Source of the DNA: Octopus bimaculoides
Lineage: Eukaryota
Direction: 5' to 3'
Length of the DNA stretch: 64,000 bases
Assembly: GCF_001194135.2 (NCBI RefSeq)
Contig: NC_068993.1
Location: 2,435,840-2,499,839, forward strand
Below are positions 10,861 to 25,000 of the stretch, piece after piece; position 1 is the stretch's first letter, and each line of letters starts with the position of its first letter. The translations under genes were made by a program, and so were the position numbers. The notes under the pieces were generated by a model. It worked only from the letters and a program-made list of their open reading frames with translations. It made no database searches and had not been told where the DNA came from.

Positions 10861-13072
10861 CAATAGGTGTAATTAAATTTTTACAAGAATTAATACATTT
10901 ATTTATACAACCATAGAATGATATTTATTGTGCTTCTGTGCGTTTTCTTAACACCTTAAACTTACTTGCTTTTCTTTTTCACGGTATTGTTTTCATCACT
11001 TTAACTTGGAGACAATGAAATTTTGCAAACTTTCAAAGACTTTTAAGGCATGATCTTCGATCTTTGAAAATTTTAGAGTTTGCATTTTAGAATTTACATA
11101 TCATTGCAAATTTCACAACTACAGCATCTCTATTTATGACCCAGTAATTAAAGTGATGCTTATACACTCACGCGGTGCGGAATCGAACTAAAATTGTTTG
11201 ATTTAAATTACAATACATATTCATTAGGTTATTTATGTTGCAGTTATTTTACAATACCGATGTTTCATGTTTGATAACAGAAGCTGCTCTTACATTATTG
11301 CTTATCCGTATATTAGGGGTGAGGGTTGTGGAAGTAATCTGAGGCCGGTTTACACCAGCAACGGGCACTTGCGTTCTCTTAGTGGAATTCATTCCTTTGC
11401 AAGTATTTTTGATGTTTGATGTTTTTCTGATAATAATATTTTCATCGCTTCCTACAAATTACAGAGACATTGAAAATCTTAATCTGCACTATCATTCCTC
11501 ATTCGACTAAGCCGTTAAAAATGTTGTTTATTTGATTTAAATTCTATTTTGGATCCTGGCTGTTATGAGCTCTGGCTTCCGTTGGTTCGCTGAAGACCCA
11601 CACAACACTTTACGTGTTTCATGTCTAGAGTTACTGACTAAAGTTATAGAATCAGCATTTAGCACTGGAAAGTGGAATTTGCAATAGTAACTAACTACAT
11701 ACTGGCGATCCAGTATTGAGATCAAAGTTGGCAACATACTTGCGAGCTAGAGGAAGATTACTGCCAGTCTGGCTTATTATGGAGGATAATTTCTACCTCC
11801 ATATTCACAGAAGCAGGTGACGTTGGTTCAAGCATTGACTCTTTATGAACATATTTTATTAAACCATATTGAGTTTCCTTTTCACAATACACTGATTTTG
11901 GATTTAATCGTTGAACTATGCCCTGTGGTAATGCTTGACCATAAATTAGGTTGCACTACATCAATATTTACAGGAATCTTTACTTCAATGCCTTAATATA
12001 TAAAATCAAACGTTGGCATCAAAATATCTCCCTTGATTTTATATCTCCCCACAATTACCTAAATTGTTATTAGGGAACAAAGCGATGTACGGAAACTACA
12101 AGACAAAGAGGTCTTGTTTTCATTCGTCCTTATATGTATAGGTTTATGTGCGTATATGCATATACATAATATACATTTTTCAGTATATTTCATATGCACT
12201 TTATTAATACGCTTTATGCAAATTACATTTACGAGTCGCGTATACACGTATATATGCAAACAATATAAACAATTTCTGATGTTAAGCATGCATATTAATC
12301 CCTGTTATGAGTTTTCCACTCGAAACTGGTAGCACATTGCTCTTTTCATAAAGCACCAAAAGTTGGTAATGTGATTGCTCCTGTAAAGATATTGGTGACA
12401 CGATGACATTGATATATATTTAGCTAAAGACTTAAATAATGGATAGTGGCCTCATGTTTCGATATTTTTTTGTCATCATGATGATATATGATTTGAATGG
12501 GTGACAGGGTTTGTGAAGAGTAAAGATTTCATTGAATAAAAATATGCCTGAGACAAAATGAAGTTTAGAATGGCTTCAAACACAAGCAGGCGGTGATTTG
12601 ATTAAATCCTACATTTGAAAATTAATTAAGATTGAAGTAGAAATTTATACAAGGAATTTGAAATAAAATAATTGCTGAACACAAAGACATGTAAATGAAT
12701 AAATAAATGAATACGCAATTAACGACAATAAATAGAAAATTGTTTTTCAAGTTAGCAAAGAGGAAGTTCAGTGTTTGCAATTCATTTAATTAGAAATCGA
12801 CAAGAAATATTTTAACAAAAGATAAAACAAGCAAAAACGAAAACGCACACCATATAAATGTTGTCTGTGTGGAATAAATTAAATTTCAAGTAACAACGAT
12901 AAAAGAATGACGATCTGATATCATAATACACACACACAAATGCATATCTATAACAGACCCACACACATGCACAAACATGTATACCTACATGCCTACATGC
13001 CTACATACATAGTTACCTACTCTCTCTCTCTCTCTCTCTCTATCTTTCACTATCTCTCTGTCACACACACAC

Positions 13073-13115
<43 letters not shown>

Positions 13116-13872
13116 CATCTATCTATCTATCTATTTATATAATTGTTCGGTTTTGTGAATAAAGCAAGGTATATTCAGAAAGTAACAACGTGGAGATTTG
13201 TTTCTTCACCAATAATGTAGGACTGTTTTGCTTTTGTTCTCGGAGTATTTATTTTCTCATTTACTTTTAAACGTTTCGTCTCTCCATCGCTAAGGTAATT
13301 CCTTTAGTCGATCATCAGTGTAGTCTTTTACCAACATAACTATCTCTCCGTCGATTTACAAAAACACCTAAATTTATCAACACAGTCTTTCAATATGTTT
13401 GTATAATATATACTGAATCTTATATACAAACATACATTATAAAACTGGGAGCTGGTAAATTTTCTTGGTATTATTTATTCACCATTACACATATTTTATT
13501 TACACACCGGAATCACAAAATTGTGAATGTTGGATAAACATTTAAGAATGTTCCTAGTAGAAATCTTTCAAACATTATTATATTATTGTGATACGTTTCC
13601 GTACCAGAGCTATTTATTGGTTGATATATAATATATTATAACGTAACCACACCGTTTCATCAGGCGATTTTGAAGGTTGGAATATTACAAAATTAAACAT
13701 TTATATATATAAAAGCCAAATAATAAAACAAAGAAAAACTTTAGTACGTCTTTAATGTTCAGTACTGCTTCGAAAGCCAGTTTACGTAAAAGTTCAAAGT
13801 GGAGGTTTTGCCGTCATGAAACCAGGATATTCTACACCTGAAGAACTTCGGTATTAATCCGGAATCCGACAG

Positions 13873-13933
<61 letters not shown>

Positions 13934-14315
13934 ATATNNNNNNNNNNNNNNNNNNNNNNNNNNNNNNNNNNNNNNNNNNNNNNNNNNNNNNNNNNNNNNN
14001 NNNNNNNNNNNNNNNNNNNNNNNNNNNNNNNNNNNNNNNNNNNNNNNNNNNNNNNNNNNNNNNNNNNNNNNNNNNNNNNNNNNNNNNNNNNNNNNNNNNN
14101 NNNNNNNNNNNNNNNNNNATATATATATGTACACACATACAGACACACACATATATTTAGAACATTAACTGCAGGAAAGACAAGACAAAGCAGATTGTAG
14201 AGTTAAAGAGATAAATATTTCCTAGGAGATAGTAATATCGACGTTTTCTAAAACAGTATTCCATACTGCTTTAAAAATATTTCATCTATTCTTCGAAGTC
14301 ACAATCGTTTTACGA

Positions 14316-14357
<42 letters not shown>

Positions 14358-14559
14358 TGTTTGAAAGGGGTTTTGCAAATTTCCCGACTATATTCTCTTG
14401 TTGCCAAATCAAGTCAATGACAGAAGTAACTTGCTTAAATAGTCCCAGTGTGATTGAACCTGAAATGTTATACTTATAAAGCTAATTTATTTACGAAGCC
14501 ACTGTTTCTACGATTCAGTTCTAAGCTTGTAAACACTCTTTTAGCAGATACGTTTTTAT

Positions 14560-14800
14560 TGGTTTAAGCATGTCTTGAATATGCAGCATCGTGATATTCT
14601 ACTCGTCTTGCTTTGAAGAGATATAGCAATCGAAAATCATGCTATAATGAAGCTCTTTGACAATAACTTTAACATCATTCTAAGGTGATTGCAGATTGTT
14701 GGATCTGTAAAACTTCGAAAGAAATCAAAACGTTTCCAGATTAATAAAGCAATCTTTCGGTAATGAGAGACCACCTATACAGTTTCTTCATGCACACTAT
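14560..14800 (+). mobile_element. CR1/L2-like LINE ORF2 C-terminal relic
   Basis: LEYAAS*YS...DI.AIEN...YNE.L..LTS...R...DL matches the LEYAS.VW.P...DI..LE.VQ...Y.ERL pattern. Confidence 0.5.
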
Positions 14801-15340
14801 GACAAAGGGTTTCTCTTATATTATTAGATTTCCAGTTAAAAGACACACTTCGAAAACTGAGTTGTACGAAATATGAAAAGTATTTTCTCTTGGGGCCAAC
14901 CAATAAAAGGACCTATATCTCTTACATGATGCAGGAACCAAAATCATAGAGAACAGAGTTGATTGTGTGATCGTAGGTTTCAAAGATAGTCTCTACTAGG
15001 ATGATTTTCATCGCAGATCTCGATTCGGCCCAATCATATACTAGACAATAACAGCAGCTGTAACAATAACTTGTAAGGAATTTCTTGGTAAACATGAATT
15101 AGTGGCCAAATTTCTCCCTAATTACACCCCCCTTTCGTTTTGATAATTCAATTTATTGGTTAATACTAACTGGGATAAAAACCTGTAAAAAGACGCGACG
15201 GAGGCAGTTCTAATGTATTTGACTGAAGCTCTGATCCATGGGACTGTAGTTCTGATCCTGGCGTAAACAATGAGAATACTTAAACATATATATAGAGAGA
15301 TATGTAAGTTACAAATCGAATTTCTTAGCATAGTTGGCCT

Positions 15341-15459
<119 letters not shown>

Positions 15460-16103
15460 ATGGGGGTGTAAGTATGTATATGTAGTTATTAGCCTGGCAA
15501 ATAACATTCTTCAAGTAACTGCAACAAGAAGAAAAAAATGATGCCTTGAATAGAAGAGAGTAGGAGGCAATGTCAAGAAATGGACACATTGTTAGCACAA
15601 CCACTGTACACAACTACAACAGACAAACTGATCTCTTACACACCACTACGGTTACACCGTATGCACTCACGGGAACTGAGGGCCGCAGCCAAGACGAGCC
15701 AGTTTATTTCCATACAATATGTCAAAATGAATTCAATGCAGATAGAAAATCCTAACAATGATCCTTGACGTCACTAAAACAGTTGAACATAACTTTATTG
15801 TGGCTGGAAGATACGGAGTACCATATTATCTTATGTCTGAAATTTTGAGCATACTTTGGAAGGCCCATGGTAAACTGAATACATCCTGTTGTAATATGGT
15901 TTACTGATTCAAACCTCACATTCACGTATTCAGAAAAGAATACAATGTAGTGTATTTTACTTGCAGCCATCTAATTCCATTGCATTGTTAAGTTATATGG
16001 AGAAAGAGAGAGAAAGAAAAAAGAGGGAGAGAGAGAAAGAGAGAGAGATATGTATACACAGGCGCACACGTGCATATATTTACAGATATACACAGGAGTA
16101 TAC

Positions 16104-16162
<59 letters not shown>

Positions 16163-16743
16163 CATACATACACACACATATTTATACATATATATTTATA
16201 TATATATATGTACCATAGTATACAAGTGTATTTCGCGTGTACATGCATATGTCTATAATTAATCCTTTGTGAGCATGTACATAGATGTAATCAAGCAATT
16301 ATACACATGTGCACGAAAGAACATAGATGTACACATACAAGCACATATACATGCATGCACATAATTACATATATATATATATATATATATACACACATGT
16401 ACATGAATATATATTTACATATTTATATATAAATATACAATTATGTATATATGTGTTTACATAAACACAGACACACATATATTTATATACTTACACAAAA
16501 ATAAGAGAAAGAGAAAGAGTGATAAATTCATATTATATTCATTGCAAGTTTATTAAAAAAATTGTATTTTGCTCTTTGTTTCAATATAATTAAAATGCAA
16601 AATCCACAATCAATAGCAGAAGTTTTGTCCTTTGTATCATTGTTGTTGTTATGCTTATTGTTGCGTTGTTAACACTGCTTTTGCTCGTTATGCCTAGCTT
16701 TGCTTTCATACACACACACACACACACGCGTGCGCGCGCGCAC

Positions 16744-16785
<42 letters not shown>

Positions 16786-16949
16786 GCATTAGTTCTTCAC
16801 ACAAAATCAGAAAACCTGCAATAGCTCATAGGCCAAATTATTGACACATATTCATTAAAATATCTAATAATAAATAGAATTGTTAAATTTTATTTCATTA
16901 TTCTTTGAAATAATGAATAGAATTTTTAATTGTTATTGAGAATGTATAT

Positions 16950-18300
16950 TTGGCTTTCATGATCAAACTATCTACTGTTTTGTTTCTGTGATGTTTTCTT
17001 TCAACTTTTTCTACTTCATTACACTGTTTCTACAATAATTTTTGATCCTTTTTACTCTTCTTTTACAATAGAATTCGTGAATTGTTTTTGTATAGTAGTA
17101 GATATTAGAAACCATTGTTGAAATTTTTAGAATGAATGGCATAACATTGTTGTAGATTTCGAGATTTTTGGCCTGGATTTTATTTGAAATGATTTAGTAT
17201 ATTAGAAACATTTGATGTTAAAATTTATATTTCTTTTGCAGTTGTTCCTATAGAATCGATATATTCCACAGTACTTGATGGTTTTCTCTCTTATAGAAAT
17301 ATTCTATCAAGCCCTTGTCATTACATACTTTCTCTTTGTAATGCTGATAGTTTTGTTGGAATGTTAAATTAAAACCTATTGCGTTGATTTTTATGCGCAT
17401 TATGCTATAAATATGGTAGAGTAACGTTGTTGTCTGACTAGGGTAAATTATATGTCGTCATGTGATGCAGAAATAGGATTCAGTTTTATTTATGTCAAAA
17501 CCTTCAAAACTCCCGTTGTTTTGTTTTATAACTTTGATAATGTGCTGCATATTCTCCAGTATCAATTACGTTAATTATGTAGGGATATAACGGCTCTCTT
17601 ACATAATATGAACCCAGGTTACATATCAATAATTGTTTTTGATAATCAACAATGTCCTCAACATTATATAGATTATGAAATAAATTTTAAAAAATTAAAT
17701 ATTCTATCTATCCTACTTAATGCATAGATGCAACTCATTTCTACTTCATTTATATTAGCAATGATATAATCCATTAAAGAACAGTTTCTCCAACAACTGA
17801 GCAACTGTAAATATTAAATTATTTTCCGTAATTTGAATGCTTGTTTTAAACAATATATTTTCAAATTTCTATATTTACAAAATTAGGAAATATTAACAAA
17901 AATTCTGTGTGTTCAATATTAGGTACATTACATCCATGTTTAACAAAGATATTTTATTTAACTATACTGGGATGATATTAAAATGTTATGGTTGAAATAT
18001 CTTTTTTATTTACTCTAAAAATATTTTCAGCTAAAATATTGTACCATACACAAACCATATGAATAAAATAACGCTCGAAATCCGATATTCCAAATATGAG
18101 AGAATATTTCACGTAGACCCGCCTCATTCATATTAAGCACACATTTATTGAATCTAACACATATCACTAACTACTGTAACAATGAAAGTAGCAATTTTTA
18201 CCCCATCAAACACATTTACACTAAATCCACTCATGATACTAATACAATGAAACCTCATGACAATTTCAATGTTTTCCTTGTATAGTAATAATAGTCGGAG
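16950..18300 (-). mobile_element. Very old RTE-like LINE relic (APE to linker)
   Basis: Scattered degenerate motifs on the minus strand (CNEVEK.ERKH near 17030; APE-like segments near 18300-18100); A-rich strand bias. Confidence 0.35.
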
Positions 18301-18699
18301 AGCTCACAAGCCAGGAAACAAGAAGACATGCAGTGGAAATAATAACAACAACCAAAACTATATCCGGTGAAGCAACTACAGTTTCCGTAGTTGAATATGA
18401 ACCATACAAGAACGAAATCTATTTTTAGGCAAGTTAAATGTAATAAGCAGCATGTTGAGGGAAGTCGTTAAATTGTCAGCCATTACATATTCAATTCTGC
18501 TGTCTGTATTCTGAGTTCAAACCCAAAATCAACTTCATCTCTTATCAACCCAAGGATCGATAAAAAAAATGGAATTAAATACTGGGGCCAAGTATCTGTT
18601 TCTCTTCCATTTCTATCTCACTCTTTCTGTCTCTCTGAATTAGCTACGGTGCCATGTGAAAAATACCTTCGGGCCACATATAACTATCTTTCTTTAGGA

Positions 18700-18830
18700 C
18701 AAAGCGAAGAATTCTACAAGAATATTGCAATCGTTGAGCTTTTGAAGAACCGATCGATGTTTTGCATTGCATGTAACAGAAACAAAGAAGACAAACTTTA
18801 ATAGTGGCAAAAGAAATTCAACCAAAAGTA
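18700..18830 (+). mobile_element. RTE-type APE endonuclease N-terminal relic
   Basis: GQSEE..AIVELLKNR.(I)DV..I..TETK resembles the GRS.EIVELL.RR.IDICC.QETK start of RTE ORFs. Confidence 0.45.
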
Positions 18831-19759
18831 TCAATGACTGCCGACATCTTCCTGTGCAGACTACTACCAGCGTTGCAATCAAACACTGACTACACGGTCC
18901 TGAAAACAGCTCAAAGAATCACGTTCACTTCCATATTTCTATAACTCGCTCAATGAATGAACACGAAGAGTCATATGCTAAAATCTGAATTGCTGACTCT
19001 ATCCAACATACTATTCCATCAAGTAATCTTGCCCTTGATTAACTGTTTCTTAGTATTCGGAACTCTACAATATATCATCGATGAAATTTAATGAAGCCGT
19101 GCAAATATCGCCAATGGTTTTCCTAAGGCAATATATACTTCTAACCTCCTAAAACCCAAGTATTTAGCGTTTGTTATGACAAAGAGTGTTCAACACCTCT
19201 TCAATGAAACTTCGATACCTTTTGAGAGTATTGAAATAGAAAGATCTGATGAGGAGTAATAGTGTTATATTATTCAGTAAAACTTTATATCAATATTTTT
19301 AATTTAAATTATCACCGCTCATTTGTAAGAAAAAGGTCTGCTGTTACCCCGCGAGAGATAGATGTAATTCCTATGGAGGGGAAAACCCCACGTTTTCCCG
19401 TTCACTGTGGCATATTCTGGTCTTTCAGATGCTTAAATATAAGCAAGAATGTATATGTTGATATGTAAATTGTGTATATAAGAAACCTCTATGCACGCAC
19501 GCACACATACAAACACGTATATATATATATATATATATATATATACGGTCAATACACACAAAAACACACATGCATACGCGTAGACATACAGATTTATAAT
19601 ATATCTCATACATACATACACGCTTGCATAGGTGTGTGTGTGTATGTGCGTGTGTGTGTGTGTGCCATATTTGAAGGAAGACTTACTTGGTTAATGATTT
19701 ACCATTTTTTTAGTGCAGTGTAAATATAATAATATAACAAAAAGCAACAACAAAAAGAA

Positions 19760-20120
19760 CTTTCAACAACAATAAACAAACAAAATTAAGGAAAGAAATA
19801 TCCATGAATTAAGATGAACATCAATAGCCTTTGGAGACAAATATCAGAATGTCAACATTGTGAAACATAGAACAGGAAATCAGAGACCATTGAAAGCAGC
19901 AACAAGAGAAATGTTTGCAACATTTTCTGTAAAGAAGTAAAATCTAGCAGAAGTCTATAGATATGGCAACAATAAGTACAACAATACAGGGTGCAAAATG
20001 GAATGTGTTGCTAGGAGCAATATGTTCAAAGGCATTTTAACAATTGAGTATCTATTTAAGAAGTTTGTTGCACAATAACATTGTCATACATAGTCATATG
20101 TGGAAAATGTTGCAAGTCTA
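19760..20120 (+). mobile_element. Possible RTE RT-thumb relic
   Basis: KMNI and EVK.R-like degenerate motifs only. Confidence 0.3.
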
Positions 20121-20249
20121 TTGTTCATAATATCAGAGAGAAGAGAATTTGAAATATAAAAGCGCAGGGACACATAAATACTGATATATAAGTTTGTTAA
20201 AAAAACAACTTACTCGTATACGTACACCCAAGTACACATACATATATGA

Positions 20250-20297
<48 letters not shown>

Positions 20298-21638
20298 CCA
20301 CACACAGATATATATACATATATATATATGAAGATATATGTGTGTATATCTATATATATATGTATATATATGTATATGTGTAGATATATATATATACATG
20401 TATATATGTATATATATATGTATATAATGCATGTATGTATATTTGTATATGTATGTATTATATCTGTATACTATTTGCACGTACACTTAAATATGCATAT
20501 ATGTATACATATATTATGTATATCTTTGTGTGTATATATATGTGTGTGTGCGTGGTTGTGTGTGCATGTGTACACACAGATATATATCTATGCATATGCA
20601 TACGCAAACATACACACAATTTAATTGTTTATATATGTACATATATGCACACGTCTATGTATGTATGTAATGAATGTATGTATTCATCTCTCTCTAAACA
20701 CACACGTGTGTATGTGTGTGTGTGTACATGCATATATTATGAAATAGAAAACCAACTGTAACATTTCTGTAAACACTTTTCTATCCAGACAATGATATTT
20801 CAACGAAAATACCCTTGCCAACATTTATTTGAAACTTAGTGGCATCATTTGAGACTCACTCGAAACCTCGTAACTACCTTTAGGGTTTTCGATAGCAAAC
20901 AATCCACTGTCATTGATGGAGAGTCACGATGATGTTTTAATCTCTCGCCTAGTATTATACGCATAAGTAATTCATTCATGCTCATCAATATTGAAAGTCA
21001 AAATCATTAATTTGGATATATTTTAAATAGTTGTAAGATTATGTAGACACATTATGATGTAACTGAAATTCAAATAAAATAGTTAGAATTTGGTACGGTA
21101 TTTATTAAATGGGGAATTTATTTTACAAAGTCAATCACCTCCAAAGCGATATTTAGACGAAAACAATAATGTCGTGAAAAGTATGTGAAAGGCAGCCGTT
21201 TTAGTTTTCATCGAAGATATTGAATTGCTATTACTATACTAGATGAGATGGTTGGCGACCTGGAGGCGACATTTACAGTTTGAATATATATATANNNNNN
21301 NNNNNNNNNNNNNNNNNNNNNNNNNNNNNNNNNNNNNNNNNNNNNNNNNNNNNNNNNNNNNNNNNNNNNNNNNNNNNNNNNNNNNNNNNNNNNNNNNNNN
21401 NNNNNNNNNNNNNNNNNNNNNNNNNNNNNNNNNNNNNNNNNNNNNNNNNNNNNNNNNNNNNNNNNNNNNNNNNNNNNNNNNNNNNNNNNNNNNNNNNNNN
21501 NNNNNNNNNNNNNNNNNNNNNNNNNNNNNNNNNNNNNNNNNNNNNNNNNNNNNNNNNNNNNNNNNNNNNNNNNNNNNNNNNNNNNNNNNNNNNNTATATA
21601 ATATATATACATATATATACATATGTATATAAATATAG

Positions 21639-21707
<69 letters not shown>

Positions 21708-22396
21708 CATACATACATATATATGTATATGTGCATGTGTATATACATATATATGCATATATTTATATATATATATATGTACAAATATAGATATATACAT
21801 ATATATATGTGTGTGTGTGTGTATGTGTGTATATATGAAATAGATGTGTAATATATGACATATGTATCTGCCTGTATGTACAGAAGATGTAATATAGTAT
21901 GCTCATATATTAGTTACCGTTATTCAACAACTGCTGCATGGGTGATTTTTTTATTCCAACTATTTACACCTTCGTATATTTTTGGCCTTGTGAAGTTTCA
22001 TTTAGTAAAATTTAATTTAATTTATTTGTTTCTGTATTTTGAAATTGCAAAATCAAATTAATAAACGTCAACACGTGTAACTTCTTACCTCATTACCAAT
22101 CGACTGTAGTCCATAATTCATTTATGTTTGAACTCATTAAATTCTGGTCGTGATGTATTTAACTTGTCAAAATTATATTTTACTCCTTCAAAATTACAAT
22201 TATTCATCGACGTCTTAAAATGAATTATACTGTTTAACTAACCAATGTTTTGTTCTGTGAAATTGCATCAGATGAATGTTAGAGAATTTTGATGAACGCC
22301 GGGAATTTTCTCAGTTTAACATCTCAATGCTGTTATACGTCACAGTTCAGAGCGATTCTTTGACGATATACATACAAATATGCATACATATATACA

Positions 22397-22428
<32 letters not shown>

Positions 22429-22431
22429 ATG

Positions 22432-22581
22432 ATATAATGATTTGTGATAGAAAAGAGAAACTGTGTACAGTTATGGGAGTTTGCTGCCCAGCGGATGTTA
22501 ACATCCTGCTGAAGACCAGTGAAAAAGAGAATGCCTACGCTAAACTACTGAGAAATCTGCAGTTACTCAGTCCAGGTTATG

Positions 22582-22582
<1 letters not shown>
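22432..22582 (+). mobile_element. R4/Dong-clade LINE restriction-like endonuclease fragment
   Basis: Open reading ICDRKEKLCTVMGVCCPADVNILLKTSEKENAYAKLLRNLQLLSPGY fits the RLE segment after the PD motif; ends at (AAT)n 22583-22640. Confidence 0.8.
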
Positions 22583-22640
<58 letters not shown>

Positions 22641-22641
<1 letters not shown>

Positions 22642-22893
22642 GTTCAAAAGATAGTGCTCATGGGAACTGCCCATATCCTACGTAAAATACTGTCTATGTG
22701 TTCTCAAATTTTAAAGCAAACACATAATTTTCTTATGGTTTCTTAAACATTCACTTGAACAAAACTGTACAAATCCAAATATATGGTACCCTAGGCATAA
22801 CACCTACATGAACTTCTAACTTGTTGTCTCTTGAGGTCTCTGGGTGAGACTTGGATCCAACTTGTACAAATGCAAAACAAAAGTCAAACATAA

Positions 22894-22954
<61 letters not shown>
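22641..22954 (+). mobile_element. 5'-truncated R4/Dong LINE 3' end with (AAT)n tail
   Basis: VQKIVLMGTAHILRKILSM, then 3' UTR gtctcttgaggtctctgggtgagacttgg...caaaagtcaaacata and (AAT)n 22894-22954. Confidence 0.85.
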
Positions 22955-22955
<1 letters not shown>

Positions 22956-23152
22956 GCAAAATGCTTAGCGGTATTTTGCCGGTCACTCCGATCTGAGTTC
23001 AAATTCTACCGAAGTCGACTTTCTCTTTCACATTTTTGAGGTTGATAAAATAAGTACCAATTGAACACTGGCGTTGATGTAATCGACTCATCCCCTCCCT
23101 CATAATTGCTGCCCTTGTGGCAAAATTTGAAACCATTATTATTATTATTATA
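22955..23152 (+). mobile_element. SINE family A, near full length
   Basis: aaatgcttagcggtattt...gagttcaaattc (B box)...gataaaataagtacca...gatgtaatcgact...aaatttgaaacc plus ATT tail. Confidence 0.9.
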
Positions 23153-23759
23153 GGTGTTCTTGTTGATGTCGCAGCCGTTGTTCATTGCTGTTGAACTTAC
23201 CATTAATACAGAATGTAAACGTGGGTAACCTTGGATATGATGAAGACATACATCAAAGATATTTCTGATGGTGATGAGAAAAATCTTGATAGAATTTATG
23301 ACAGAAAATAATTGACTGATTTTAACTGAAAATATGATTTTTATATTTGCTAGATAAATGATTTCTCCTGCAACATAAATATCCTCAAATATTATTTCTA
23401 TTTAGTTTATTTTTAATATTTTCTGTCTGATTATAATCAACGATCAAATATTTCACATAAATTGACAATATATTTCTCCCTGACTTAAAATTATTTTTTC
23501 TTCAGAGATAATTTCGGAGTTCCATGAGAAAATTATTCACAAAGTTAATACTAAAAATTTGACTAGGAATGTGATAGGAGCTGGATTAAAATTTGCTCGT
23601 AATCTTTTTTTTTGTTTGTTTTTTATCAGTGTGGTTTAAATATTGAGATGCGTTCATGCTGAGAAGAGCTGTAGAATTTTAGTGTAGTCCACATAATGTA
23701 GAGCGTAGCGAGGTGAATGTTGGCAGAGGCTACTCCGGGTACAGTTGATGAGGAGGGTG

Positions 23760-23772
23760 ATAACGATGACTG

Positions 23773-23817
<45 letters not shown>

Positions 23818-23960
23818 CATTGATGAAAAAGATAATGATCACAATCATGACGATCATGATGATCATGATGATAATGCTATGGTGGTGGTTGTCGACTTGG
23901 TAGTGGTGGTCGTGGTGGTCGTGGTAGTGGTTGCCGTTTTCGTAGTGGTGATGATTGTCA
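23760..23960. repeat. (GAT)n plus cryptic GAT/GTG trinucleotide region
   Basis: Visible; produces the poly-D/H/S ORFs. Confidence 0.9.
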
Positions 23961-24184
23961 AGTTTCCTCAAATCTCAAGAATCTTTCTTTGGATTCTTGC
24001 AGATATAGGATGGTAGTTATTTGCAAATCGCTTCCAATTTCTTTCAGTCTTCTGGTAGCATTTTGGATGTTGTGCCAAGAGCACCAATCTATCGATGCTA
24101 CAGCTAAGTTCTTCTTTCCTGCTCGTACCTCATTTTATATTCTACACTCTATACGTAACAAAGCAGCAGTTCCCCTTGATTTCA

Positions 24185-24186
24185 TG

Positions 24187-24266
<80 letters not shown>

Positions 24267-24305
24267 ACTACTATTATTGTTGTTATTATTCTTATTCTTA
24301 TGTCT
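24185..24305. repeat. Compound trinucleotide microsatellite (CTA/CTG/TTA/TTG/TTC)
   Basis: Visible directly. Confidence 0.95.
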
Positions 24306-24539
24306 ACTATATATAAGTTTTCCTACATCAGAAGGACTTCATAACTATATCGTATTGAACATTGGATGCCGAAGCCTATAAATTGGATTAAGATTTATGC
24401 TATATTTTCTTTATTAGATTAATATACTGATCAATGTTTGATCTATATTGTTTTGTATTGCTCTACTAAATAGCATCATACATTTATATGGTTAGAATAG
24501 TTATTGAAATAATATTTAAGATACAAAGACTATGGACTT

Positions 24540-25000
24540 TTTTCAAAGACTTTTTTCAAGTAGTATTGGAAATATTATTGGGTAGGTGGAAACATTGTGG
24601 CTTCAAAGGAATTATCTTTCTATTCAAAGATAGATTATTCGATGAATAATGCATATATCAAGTGTGATGGTGTTAGACAGAGACCAAGTTGTTGACAGAG
24701 AATATACTTTAGCAAGTGAGGAGTAATTCATAAAATATTATCAAGTGAATGTTGCAATGTGAGTTGCAGTGACAAGCTGAGTGTGAAATGAAACGACGAC
24801 GAAATGATCCATATAGTACACTGATGTTGAAATGTATGTAAATCAGTATTAGGTGTTGAGAAGAAATATACCTAGATTTAATTGTCTGTTAAAAGGCACA
24901 TGAAGTGCCAGAGAAATGGATCAACATGCCACTGTGTACTAACTACAGTTGACAGAGATTATACCTTCTAGTCGCAATCTGATACACCACAACAATCAGA
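24540..25000 (+). mobile_element. Decayed RTE LINE ORF2 C-terminal region
   Basis: KG.S...KDRLFD and RND..M..WM.NV-like motifs in RTE order. Confidence 0.5.

Noticed and set aside
15752-15970. ORF with ESVNHITTGC resembling a Dong zinc knuckle
   Set aside because: Spacing to the RH motif is wrong and there are no flanking motifs.
18694-18900. Apparent terminal exon GQSEEFYKNIAIVELLKNRSMFCIACNRNKEDKL
   Set aside because: Better explained as an RTE endonuclease N-terminal relic.
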